From Candidatus Iainarchaeum sp. (GTDB taxonomy: Archaea > Iainarchaeota > Iainarchaeia > Iainarchaeales > JAFCCJ01), in assembly GCA_043816965.1 (NCBI GenBank), contig JBDRHK010000031.1, positions 1 to 41,513 of the forward strand: a stretch of DNA of 41,513 bases, written 5' to 3'. Shown here piece by piece: positions 1-8,757 of the stretch (the stretch's first letter is position 1; the number at the start of each line of letters is the position of its first letter). Position numbers and translations under genes: made by a program. A model generated the notes under the pieces. That model was given only the letters and a program-made list of their open reading frames with translations, did no database searches and was not told where the DNA came from.

Positions 1-1
1 T

Positions 2-1219
2 GTTGCAGGTGCGGGTGAAATTCACATCTCTGAAAAGGATGGGCAATTTACTGCAGGGGATGTGACTGTAAAGGAAGGGGATTGGCTAACACTTGACGGT
101 GCAAAGGGAGAGGTTTACAGTGGAGAATTGAAACTTGTTGAGCCTGAAATGACTAGTGATTTTAAGGAATTAATGAGCTGGGCCGATTCTGTGAGAAAAT
201 TGAAGGTCAGAACCAACGCAGATAAGCCGGAGGATGTTAAGGTTGCCAGGGAATTCGGGGCCGAGGGAATAGGCCTTACAAGAACTGAACACATGTTTTT
301 TGAGGGGGAGAGGATTAGGGCTGTAAGGGAGATGATTGTCGCAAAGGATGTTGAGGCGAGGAAAAAGGCCCTTGCAAAACTTGAGCCAATGCAGAAAGAG
401 GATTTTAAGGGAATTTTTAAGGAAATGGACGGTTTCCCTGTTACAATCCGCTTGCTTGACCCGCCATTGCACGAGTTTTTGCCGAAGGAGGAAAAGGATA
501 TTGAGGCAATTTCCAAGGAATTGGGAATCAGCGCAGGGGAACTTAAGAAAAAGGTGGAGTTCCTCCATGAATTCAACCCGATGCTGGGGCACAGGGGCTG
601 CAGATTGGGAGTTACCTATCCTGAAATCACCGAAATGCAGTCAAGGGCAATATTTGAGGCTGCACTGGAATGCCAAAAGGAAGGGATTAAAGTCTTCCCT
701 GAAATTGAAATTCCTTTAGTGGGGGAAGTTAACGAGCTGAAAAACCAGAGGGAGATTGTGGAAAGGATTGCAGAAGAAACCGGCGCAAAAGGAAAACTGA
801 AATACAAGATAGGGACAATGATTGAGCTCCCTAGGGCCTGCCTAACTGCAGATGAAATTGCAAAAGAAGCTGATTTTTTCTCATTCGGAACAAATGACCT
901 GACACAAACAACTTTCGGCTTTTCAAGGGATGATGTTGGAAAGTTTGTTCCAGAGTATATTGAAAAAGGAATCTTTAAGGAAGACCCGTTTAATGTGATT
1001 GATAGAGAGGGTGTCGGAAGCCTGATGAAGCAGTGCATTGAATTAGGGAGAAAAACCAAAAAGGATTTGGAGATTGGAATCTGCGGCGAGCATGGCGGGG
1101 AACCCAACAGTGTTGAGTTCTGCCACCAAATTGGTTTGGATTATGTTTCCTGCTCCCCATTCAGGGTGCCAATTGCAAGATTGGCTGCGGCGCAGGCTGT
1201 TTTGAAAGAGAAGAAATAG
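2..1219 (+). CDS. ppdK: Pyruvate phosphate dikinase, C-terminal part (5' end outside window)
   Basis: Frame is open from base 2. Motifs GAEGIGLTRTEHMFF, TIRLLDPPLHEFLP, NPMLGHRGCRLG, FSFGTNDLTQ and GICGEHGG are typical of PPDK. Confidence 0.96.
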   Translation, partial: VAGAGEIHISEKDGQFTAGDVTVKEGDWLTLDGAKGEVYSGELKLVEPEMTSDFKELMSWADSVRKLKVRTNADKPEDVKVAREFGAEGIGLTRTEHMFFEGERIRAVREMIVAKDVEARKKALAKLEPMQKEDFKGIFKEMDGFPVTIRLLDPPLHEFLPKEEKDIEAISKELGISAGELKKKVEFLHEFNPMLGHRGCRLGVTYPEITEMQSRAIFEAALECQKEGIKVFPEIEIPLVGEVNELKNQREIVERIAEETGAKGKLKYKIGTMIELPRACLTADEIAKEADFFSFGTNDLTQTTFGFSRDDVGKFVPEYIEKGIFKEDPFNVIDREGVGSLMKQCIELGRKTKKDLEIGICGEHGGEPNSVEFCHQIGLDYVSCSPFRVPIARLAAAQAVLKEKK

Positions 1220-1759
1220 CTATTTTCCCCAGCCAAATGGGTTTCCAAAAAGCCCGAGAATTGAATCCGTGATTCCGTAAACCACTCCGCCGGCCTTTAC
1301 GCCGACTTCCTTTATTTTTCCGCCCATGCCCAGGCCCTCATACTCTATCATTCCACTGTTCAATGCATTGACCAACTCACCAACAGAATCAGATGATCCC
1401 TTAATTTTATCAATTGTGCTCTCCCTGACAGAAACATTCATTGTCGGCCTTGGGAGAAAACTATTGTAGAGTGTCAGGAGTTTCCCTTTTTTTGTTACCG
1501 CGCCAAATTTCCTTTTTTTGCCATCATTCATTGTAAGCGTTATATTGATTCTTTCAGTTTCAAAAATCCCAATTACAAAATCCGGCACTTCGTCCAGATT
1601 GGCATTAACCTGGTCAACAAATTCCTGCTTTAATTCCTCACCAGAAAACGCCTCATCAAGCATCTTGCTTTCTTCCATTGTAATAAGTCCTGTAACTGTC
1701 AGTGCAGATACATTAACTAGAATACAAAGAAGAATTCCAAAAACCAGGGTTTTTTTCAT
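1220..1759 (-). CDS. Secreted hypothetical protein
   Basis: 179-aa ORF with an N-terminal signal peptide (MKKTLVFGILLCILVNVSA). Converges on and abuts the ppdK stop. Confidence 0.75.
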   Translation of the reverse strand: MKKTLVFGILLCILVNVSALTVTGLITMEESKMLDEAFSGEELKQEFVDQVNANLDEVPDFVIGIFETERINITLTMNDGKKRKFGAVTKKGKLLTLYNSFLPRPTMNVSVRESTIDKIKGSSDSVGELVNALNSGMIEYEGLGMGGKIKEVGVKAGGVVYGITDSILGLFGNPFGWGK

Positions 1760-1807
1760 ATTAATAATAAGGAGTTCAATGTTTTTAAGTATTATGTTAT
1801 GTAGAAG

Positions 1808-3199
1808 TTATGATGTTATTTGCCTTTTTATTCCGGTATTCAGCAATTCAAGAAATTTGTCTTTGCTTTCGGCAGGAAATTTGCAGCCGGCCGCAATCTT
1901 GTGCCCACCGCCCTGAGCACCTTCCCCCAATTCTGCACAAACTTCCTTGAACGCCATCCCCAGATTCAGGCCCTTATACACCAATTCTTTAGTCCCGCGC
2001 CCGCTAACCTTTACACTTCCGTCCTCATGCCTTGCAAATGCAATAACTGGTTTGCTTGATTCAATAGTGCCAGAACCATAAAGCATTCCTGCAACAATTC
2101 CCACGATTGAATCCTTTATTTCCTCCCCTGCATCAAAGAAATAAAATGCCTCCATTTCCTCAAGCCCCCTTTCCTTCATCATCTCAATCCCTTCCCTTAA
2201 CTGCTTCCTGTGCTCCACAAGGAGGGAGAGGGCTTTTCCATACTCCTCTTTCCTATCACCCATTGCCACAGCCAAGCCGATTTCCGCCATGCCATGGCGA
2301 CCGCATGAATTCATAAGCGTGGCAAATTCCTTTGCATCACTTAGGGGGCTTTTCCTATCCTCCTTCACCAAAGTGTAAATTTCCCCAATCAGTTCCTTGA
2401 TTTTCCATTCAACAACATTATGGGAATGCATATGGACAATGAGTGCTGAGGTGAGTTTCTTTTTTTCCTCGGCGCTTAAATCAATGTAACTTCTCCACTG
2501 CTCATTCTGCCTGAGTTCTATTCCAAGCCTGTTGAGAAATTTTATGCATTTCTCCTCATCGGCGGTAAGTTCAGGAATTATCGGATTAGAGGAGAACATA
2601 AGAAATTGAGTAAGCGGCCTTGAGATTCTCCCATACAGCCTCAAATCATTCCCGCTTTCCATAAATCCATTGGCAACCGCCTCCTGCAGAATTTCCGCAT
2701 TCATCCCCCTTAATTTTCCTGAAAAGTCCTGCATATCCCCAACCGCGCCAACTATTGCAAGGGGAGCAAGGAACTTGTTTTCAGAATCATATGTTTTCGC
2801 AAAAAGATATGCCATCCCTGCACCGCTGATTTCATTCCCGCCGTCAATCCCAAAATGGAATGGGTTTATGTGGAATTTGTGTTCAACATCAACAGGCTGA
2901 TGGTGGTCAAGAACAAAAAAATTATCCCCAAATTCCTTTTTCAGTTCCTCTAATTGCCCTGAGCCAAAATCAACGAAAATATAATTCTCCCCCAGACCTT
3001 TAATCTCCTCAAATGTTTCCGAGTAGAGCTGCTTTACCGCTTTGCACTTCAATTTCTTTTCATCTCTTTGCAATGCCTTTGCAACTATCGCTCCAGCACT
3101 TATTCCGTCGGCGTCGTAATGGTGAATAACTGCAAAATCGTCCCTTGCCCTAATCTCTGAGGCGAATTCCTGCAACTTTTCCTCTAATTTTATATCCAT
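1808..3199 (-). CDS. RecJ-like DHH/DHHA1 phosphoesterase (GAN/HAN-type exonuclease)
   Basis: Motifs HYDADG, VDFGSG, LDHH, GAVGD and C-terminal GGGHxxAAG. Start taken at ATG 3199 (MDIKLEE). Confidence 0.9.
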   Translation of the reverse strand: MDIKLEEKLQEFASEIRARDDFAVIHHYDADGISAGAIVAKALQRDEKKLKCKAVKQLYSETFEEIKGLGENYIFVDFGSGQLEELKKEFGDNFFVLDHHQPVDVEHKFHINPFHFGIDGGNEISGAGMAYLFAKTYDSENKFLAPLAIVGAVGDMQDFSGKLRGMNAEILQEAVANGFMESGNDLRLYGRISRPLTQFLMFSSNPIIPELTADEEKCIKFLNRLGIELRQNEQWRSYIDLSAEEKKKLTSALIVHMHSHNVVEWKIKELIGEIYTLVKEDRKSPLSDAKEFATLMNSCGRHGMAEIGLAVAMGDRKEEYGKALSLLVEHRKQLREGIEMMKERGLEEMEAFYFFDAGEEIKDSIVGIVAGMLYGSGTIESSKPVIAFARHEDGSVKVSGRGTKELVYKGLNLGMAFKEVCAELGEGAQGGGHKIAAGCKFPAESKDKFLELLNTGIKRQITS

Positions 3200-3303
3200 A
3201 AAAGAATTGGGTTTTGAATCATTTATAAAGGGTTTCAGGAGCTTCTTTCCGATGCAAAAACCACCTCTTTTAACCACTTTCCAGCAAATCTTTTTTGGTA
3301 GAT

Positions 3304-4596
3304 ATGGGTTTTCTGGATAACTTGTTTGGGAAGAGGGAAAAAGAAACCAGGGTAATGGATATTTCCGAGGCAGAGGAACTTATCCAAAAAAGAAAGCTGG
3401 AGGTTTCCAAAAAGCTCGAGCGAGAAGTTTCCGGTAAATTCTCCGAAATAAAGCACCTGATTCTTGAGGCAGGGAGGGAACTGGATACATTTTCCAAAAG
3501 GGATATTGAGGCAGAGGAAGGCCATAAAAGGCTGAGAAAAATTGTTACAACCTCCAAAAAAAGCATGGTTAACCAGATGAATTCCCTGCTCCCTAAACTC
3601 CAGCCACCTGAAGAGAGGGATATTGAATCTGTGAGGAACTACTGCCTAAACGCAAACAACATTCTTGAAAGGGAAGTGTCCTCTTTTGGCAAGAACATAA
3701 GGATTTCCGGCCTGGTGTTAAAGGATGAGGTGAAAAACCTGGGCAATTATATCCAGGAGCTTGGGAAAACCTTTAAGCTGCTGCAGGAAATGTTCAGCAA
3801 AAGCGGGTTTGATGATTTTGAAAATGCATCCGCAAAAATTGGGGATCTGAAAAACTCATTGAATGACGAGAAAAATTTGGCCAAGAATAAGGAACAATTG
3901 GAAAAAACGATTAAGGAGCTCGGGAAAAGTGCCGCTGAAAAAGAAAGGGAAATCGCCGAAATGGAAATTTCTGACGGGGCAAAAGGGCTGGAGAAAAACC
4001 GTGCCAGGCTTTCAGGGCTTGTCAATGAGAGAAAGGCACTGAAGGAAAAACTGATTAATCTCCTTGCCTCGGTTGACAGGCCGATGAAAAAATTCCAGGG
4101 CCTGGTTGAATCAGGGAGATTTGTCCTGAATGAGCGGGAAAAGAACATGCTAAACCAGTATCTTTCCAACCCCCTTCTTGCCGAAAAGCAGGACCTTAGG
4201 GGAGAGATACTTAAGAGTCTCCTGATAAATATGGAGAACTGCATAAAAGACGGGGCAATTATACTGAAGGACAAGGAAAGGGGCAAGAGGCTGGCGGCAT
4301 TGCAGAGGCTTATTGAGTATGATTTCTACTCTGAAATTTTCTGGAAAAGCAATGAGATTGCATCTGAACTGAACTCCATTGAAAAGGAGATGGAAAATAA
4401 CGCATTCCAATCAAAGATTAGCTCCCTGGAAAGAAATCTTCGAGAGATTAATGTAAAGGCAGGGGACGCTAAATCCGAGGCAGAAACTGTTGGAAGAAAA
4501 CTAAGCCTGCTTAAGGATTATGTTGGCAGGAAGAAATCACTGGCGGAAAATTCAATTTCAAAAATTAGCGGGGAGAAAGTACTGTTAAGGGCCTAG
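3304..4596 (+). CDS. Long coiled-coil hypothetical protein
   Basis: E/K/L-rich heptad-like sequence, amphipathic N-terminus MGFLDNLFG, no Walker A motif. Confidence 0.75.
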   Translation: MGFLDNLFGKREKETRVMDISEAEELIQKRKLEVSKKLEREVSGKFSEIKHLILEAGRELDTFSKRDIEAEEGHKRLRKIVTTSKKSMVNQMNSLLPKLQPPEERDIESVRNYCLNANNILEREVSSFGKNIRISGLVLKDEVKNLGNYIQELGKTFKLLQEMFSKSGFDDFENASAKIGDLKNSLNDEKNLAKNKEQLEKTIKELGKSAAEKEREIAEMEISDGAKGLEKNRARLSGLVNERKALKEKLINLLASVDRPMKKFQGLVESGRFVLNEREKNMLNQYLSNPLLAEKQDLRGEILKSLLINMENCIKDGAIILKDKERGKRLAALQRLIEYDFYSEIFWKSNEIASELNSIEKEMENNAFQSKISSLERNLREINVKAGDAKSEAETVGRKLSLLKDYVGRKKSLAENSISKISGEKVLLRA

Positions 4597-5291
4597 TCCA
4601 GCCTGAACATCTTATCGCAAAACTGGCTTATTGTCTGCATTGTTCCCTTGTATTCCTCAGTGTCCATCATCAGAAGAACCCCTTTTGCCTCTGCCCCATT
4701 TATGAGGGAAATAAGGTTATGGGCCATTTTTTCAACAGGGTCGGATTTATTGTAAACAAGAAGTGTTGAGATTGAATCAAATATCAAAAAACCCTTTCCG
4801 CGTTCAATCTCATCCAGCCTTTTTTCCGCAACCAACATAAGCTCGGTGAGTTCTGTTGCAGAGTTGATAAAATCAACCCCTGGCTTTCCCGCATTTTCCT
4901 CCCCAATATTTGAAATCATGTCTATAAAGTGCAGATTATCGGCGTCCAGTTTCTCCTGCTTAAGCTCGGCTTTGATATTGTCATATCTCTTGTTTATGGT
5001 TATGTAAATCCCTCTCAAGCCTTCCCTTGAAATAAGCCTCCGGAATAAGGCCCTCCTCGCCCCCTGATAATTTGATGGCTTTACAACCACCAGGACAACA
5101 TAGTTGTCAGGCAAATCATTCATATGGGTATCAAGGGCCAAATCCATCTTCGAGCCTTGGGAGAGGAGCTTTTCCAGCCCCTCCTCAGTTATCGCATTCT
5201 TCTCAGGCCTTGTTCGCCTGTATTCCTTTGAATCAATGATGTCCAGATCTTTAGAATCAAGAATATCGGAGTTTTTATCTTTCGACATCAT
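4593..5291 (-). CDS. Degenerate KaiC/RecA-fold protein lacking a P-loop
   Basis: GIYIT, HFID and Walker-B-like LIFDSISTL elements but no GxxxxGKT. Overlaps the adjacent KaiC-like gene by 4 bp. Confidence 0.7.
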   Translation of the reverse strand: MMSKDKNSDILDSKDLDIIDSKEYRRTRPEKNAITEEGLEKLLSQGSKMDLALDTHMNDLPDNYVVLVVVKPSNYQGARRALFRRLISREGLRGIYITINKRYDNIKAELKQEKLDADNLHFIDMISNIGEENAGKPGVDFINSATELTELMLVAEKRLDEIERGKGFLIFDSISTLLVYNKSDPVEKMAHNLISLINGAEAKGVLLMMDTEEYKGTMQTISQFCDKMFRLD

Positions 5292-6022
5292 TCTACATCC
5301 TCATAAAGCTGGCCTTTGGAAAGGACCACTATTCCCTCAGGCGTAATCTTTATCGGCTTTAGTTCCTCGGCAATTTGTGTGTTCCGCATTTTTAACACAC
5401 CAATGCTCCTTATGAAACGGTTCTTTATCTTGGTGTGGTAAAGAAGAACCACCCCATCGGCAACATATTCCTCCAAGCCATACAAAGATGCTGTTTTATC
5501 CAGCGCAATCTCATTTGTTATTATTGTCGTGCACCCGATTCTTTTCAGCATCTTCCCAAGCGAAACAATTCTTTTCCTCGCATCCAGCTCCCTGTCAAAA
5601 AAAAGCTTGAAAATAACCCCTGGGTCTATTACCACCCTCTTGGCACCAACACTTTTTATTGTGTCCTCCACCGTATTTTTCAATCTTTCAAAATCATAGA
5701 GCTCAATTGCGATTATTTTTAGTTTTCCCTGGTCAATCAGTGTTTTGAAATCCCAGCCAAATTCTGACGCACCAAAAACAATGCTCTCAATGGTCTCCTC
5801 CAGGGAAATGTATACCCCATTCTCGCCCTGATTTACTGCCCCTTCATTAAGGAATTGCCAGCACATAACTGTTTTTCCGCTTCCCGGGTCGCCGCTCAAT
5901 ACAACGAGATTTCCCTTTGGAATCCCCCCGCCAATAAGCAGGTCAAGGCCTGGAATGCCGGATTTTGTGCGTTCCACATGCCGGCTTATAGTTTTTAACT
6001 CTTTTCCCTCTTTTTCAGCCAT
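5288..6022 (-). CDS. Single-domain KaiC/RAD55-like ATPase
   Basis: SGIPGLD, Walker A GDPGSGKT, SLEE, RVVIDP, EEYVADGV, KMRNT. Confidence 0.9.
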   Translation of the reverse strand: MAEKEGKELKTISRHVERTKSGIPGLDLLIGGGIPKGNLVVLSGDPGSGKTVMCWQFLNEGAVNQGENGVYISLEETIESIVFGASEFGWDFKTLIDQGKLKIIAIELYDFERLKNTVEDTIKSVGAKRVVIDPGVIFKLFFDRELDARKRIVSLGKMLKRIGCTTIITNEIALDKTASLYGLEEYVADGVVLLYHTKIKNRFIRSIGVLKMRNTQIAEELKPIKITPEGIVVLSKGQLYEDVE

Positions 6023-6127
6023 AGAACCACTAATATAGATTATAGTTATTAATTTTAATGGTTTTGCAGGATATTGAATGAAAGGGTTAAATACAAGAAA
6101 TATGATTATGATTGTGGAGATGAAATT

Positions 6128-6385
6128 ATGGTTGAGTGGTTTCAGTATGTTTCTTTTGTGGTGCTTTCTGTGGCGCTTGCCTCGATGTTTATGGCATACA
6201 GAAAAAACAAGGAATGGCAGTGGATTTTCTTCGGGTTTTTCTTTTTCTTCCTTTCGTCATTCATAATTCTTCTGCAGGAGCTCGTTATGTGGGATGGAAT
6301 GGTTTTGCTTGAGCACCTCTCAAGGATTATTGCCTCAGGCCTGTTCCTTTACGCAATCTACAACTACAACAAGGGGTGGATTTGA
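6128..6385 (+). CDS. Small integral membrane protein (~3 TM)
   Basis: Three hydrophobic segments. ATG 6128 follows a GGAG-like site. Coupled to the next gene by TGATG. Confidence 0.7.
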   Translation: MVEWFQYVSFVVLSVALASMFMAYRKNKEWQWIFFGFFFFFLSSFIILLQELVMWDGMVLLEHLSRIIASGLFLYAIYNYNKGWI

Positions 6386-6744
6386 TGGCTTTAGCTTTTC
6401 ATCCTGAGGCCTTGCTGTTTGGGCTGGGGCCAATCCTCCTTCTTCTCTGCATACTTTACATAAGAAGGATTCTAAAAAAAGAGAGCTCCCTTGCGCTTGT
6501 AAAGCAGATATTCTGGACAATGATGCTTCTGGTTTTTGTAATAATGTTCTTCATATATTTCCTTGATTTCCTGCAGTTGGCCTTTGACCAGGAGCTCTTC
6601 TACAATCTGGACTATGCACTTGAGGAATCGCTTGTGATTATTGCGGCAACGCTCTGGCTCTGCATAAGCCTAATAGTCCTGAAAATACTTGTAATCCTGC
6701 CCTCAAAGAAAATCCGCATTCCAAGGATAAGGATAGAGGTGTAG
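6385..6744 (+). CDS. Small integral membrane protein (~3 TM)
   Basis: Hydrophobic segments with a basic C-terminal tail. ATG overlaps the upstream stop codon. Confidence 0.7.
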   Translation: MALAFHPEALLFGLGPILLLLCILYIRRILKKESSLALVKQIFWTMMLLVFVIMFFIYFLDFLQLAFDQELFYNLDYALEESLVIIAATLWLCISLIVLKILVILPSKKIRIPRIRIEV

Positions 6745-6746
6745 AA

Positions 6747-7352
6747 GTGGCAAGGCCTAGAAGGGCGGTGGTGGCAAAGCTTGATGCCGGTTCGATTAAG
6801 GAGCCAAGCGAGGGCATACGGAGGAAAGTGGCAAAAGCTGTGGGGAAGCAGACCCTATTCCTGATTTCCTCCGCGAATTTCTCGGAAACCGTGCAGATGC
6901 TTGTGAAGATTATAACCAATGAAATGGTGCATGAGGCAATCTATCTTTCAACCCATGACTCTTTTCGATTTCTAGCGAATTACTTCAATGATGAATTGGT
7001 GGACATAAACAAAATTTCGTTCATAGACTGTGTTTCAAAAACCATGGGCATTAGGGTGGTGAATGAAAGGATTTTCCTCGTGGATTCCGTAAGCAACCTT
7101 GGCAGCATTGATTCAGCAGTATCGAATCTTATGGCGCTTTTGAAAGGAGAGGACAATTTCTTCATTCTTGACTCAATAGAAGGGCTGGTAATAAGCAATT
7201 CCGAGAAGGACTCAATTGATTTTATCGGGCAGATTGTATCAAAGATGCGTAATCTAAAAATGACGGGAATATATTTTGCAATAAAGGAAGAAAGGGACAG
7301 CCGAATGATTCAAAAGCTGGAGAAAATATTTGAGCAGGTAATTGAAATCTAA
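6747..7352 (+). CDS. Degenerate KaiC/RecA-fold protein lacking a P-loop
   Basis: AIYLS, SFIDCVS and FILDSIEGL. Same architecture as 4593-5291. Confidence 0.7.
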   Translation: MARPRRAVVAKLDAGSIKEPSEGIRRKVAKAVGKQTLFLISSANFSETVQMLVKIITNEMVHEAIYLSTHDSFRFLANYFNDELVDINKISFIDCVSKTMGIRVVNERIFLVDSVSNLGSIDSAVSNLMALLKGEDNFFILDSIEGLVISNSEKDSIDFIGQIVSKMRNLKMTGIYFAIKEERDSRMIQKLEKIFEQVIEI

Positions 7353-7364
7353 TTTGGTGAAAAT

Positions 7365-8390
7365 ATGGGCAATGAAAAGAGGAAAATTGATGTCGGAAAA
7401 ATAATTGGCAGCGGAGGAAGTGAAAAAAATGGCCCTGCCGAAGAAAAGAAAACCGGCGGGGATGAACTAAGGGAAATGCTGACTATTTCCCCTATGAGTA
7501 AAACAATTGCTGAAGAGACTGCTCGAAAGGCACTGCCTCAGGAAGATGCCACAGGGACAAAGAAAGAGGATGTGGAGGGCAAGCTCGAGAGGAAACTTGA
7601 GGAGATGGAGGAGAAACTTAACAGGCTGCAGAGAACGCAAGTAGCTGCATCCCCCGCACCGGTGAGCAGGGAAGAATCCAAAAACGGGGAAAAATTAGAG
7701 CGTGTCCCTTCAGGCATAACCGGCCTTGATGAACTTATTGATGGGGGTTTTGAGAGGGGTTCCACAATCCTTGTTACAGGCGGGGCAGGAACAGGAAAAA
7801 CCACCATCGCCATGCAGTTCCTCTACTACGGGGCAATGATGTATAACGAGCCAGGAATTCTAATTTCCTTTGAGGAAACCAAACAGTCACTTTACAAGCA
7901 CCATGCAGAATTTGGCTGGGATTTTGCCGAACTGGAAAAAAGAAACCTTTTCCAGATACTTGAGTACAAGCCGCACCAGGTAAACAATCTTATGGAACAG
8001 GGCGGGGGGCCAATAAGGGACGCCATAAAATCCCTCGGGGCAAAAAGGCTGGCAATTGATTCAATAACCTCCTATGGCCTGCTTTTCAGGGATGACTATC
8101 AGGAAAGGGAAAGCATACTTGATTTTTTTGACCTGCTGAAAAAGTGGGGGTGCACGTCAATTGTGATTAGTGAAATGCCGCCAAAAGTTGCCGAGGTAAA
8201 AGAGGGGAGTGTTGGTTTCCTAACAGACGCAATTATTTCCCTTTACTATTCCAAGGATGCGGAAAGGGATGTAAGGGTTCATAGTTTAGAAATTCTTAAA
8301 ATGCGCGGAACAAAACACACCAACAAGGTCTGTGCACTGACTTTTGAAAAAAATGGCATTGTCATCTATCCTGACATCGAGGTTTTTTAA
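7365..8390 (+). CDS. KaiC/RAD55-like ATPase with N-terminal charged/coiled-coil extension
   Basis: SGITGLD, GGAGTGKT, SFEE, LAIDS, KMRGT, preceded by a ~110-aa charged N-terminus. Confidence 0.9.
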   Translation: MGNEKRKIDVGKIIGSGGSEKNGPAEEKKTGGDELREMLTISPMSKTIAEETARKALPQEDATGTKKEDVEGKLERKLEEMEEKLNRLQRTQVAASPAPVSREESKNGEKLERVPSGITGLDELIDGGFERGSTILVTGGAGTGKTTIAMQFLYYGAMMYNEPGILISFEETKQSLYKHHAEFGWDFAELEKRNLFQILEYKPHQVNNLMEQGGGPIRDAIKSLGAKRLAIDSITSYGLLFRDDYQERESILDFFDLLKKWGCTSIVISEMPPKVAEVKEGSVGFLTDAIISLYYSKDAERDVRVHSLEILKMRGTKHTNKVCALTFEKNGIVIYPDIEVF

Positions 8391-8430
8391 CCAGGAGAAG
8401 GTTTAAAAAGAAATAATCCTTCCCATCTTA

Positions 8431-8682
8431 TTGGTGTTAAATTTGAATTCCCTGTTAAAGCAGACACTTAAAGTTGCCCTTTTCTTGGGGGCCGGGGTTC
8501 TTCTTATTGCGCTCTCAATCCTTAGTTTTATACAGGGACTTTTATGGCAGCTGGAGGCCAACTTTGTTCAGGCATTCCTTGATTACTTTGTCGCCATACT
8601 CTGCATTGCAATAGACTACTGGATTTTTATGAGGGCCAAAGAGGCCTTCAGGATCGCAGAATATTCTGAATTGCATGCTTAA
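8431..8682 (+). CDS. Small 2-TM membrane protein (paralogue of 19097-19327)
   Basis: Two hydrophobic helices. Aligns without gaps to the 19097-19327 product. Confidence 0.7.
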   Translation: MVLNLNSLLKQTLKVALFLGAGVLLIALSILSFIQGLLWQLEANFVQAFLDYFVAILCIAIDYWIFMRAKEAFRIAEYSELHA

Positions 8683-8757
8683 CTTTTAATTAAACCCAAT
8701 TTCTGCTTTAATTAAATATTTAAACCACTTAATGCCTTTATTAGTGGTTGTGATTCT

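Noticed and set aside
3304..4596. SMC/Rad50 ATPase
   Set aside because: Coiled coil only. No Walker A, signature motif or zinc hook.
4593..8390. Circadian clock (KaiABC)
   Set aside because: These are single-domain KaiC-like proteins, with no kaiA or kaiB and no double-domain KaiC.
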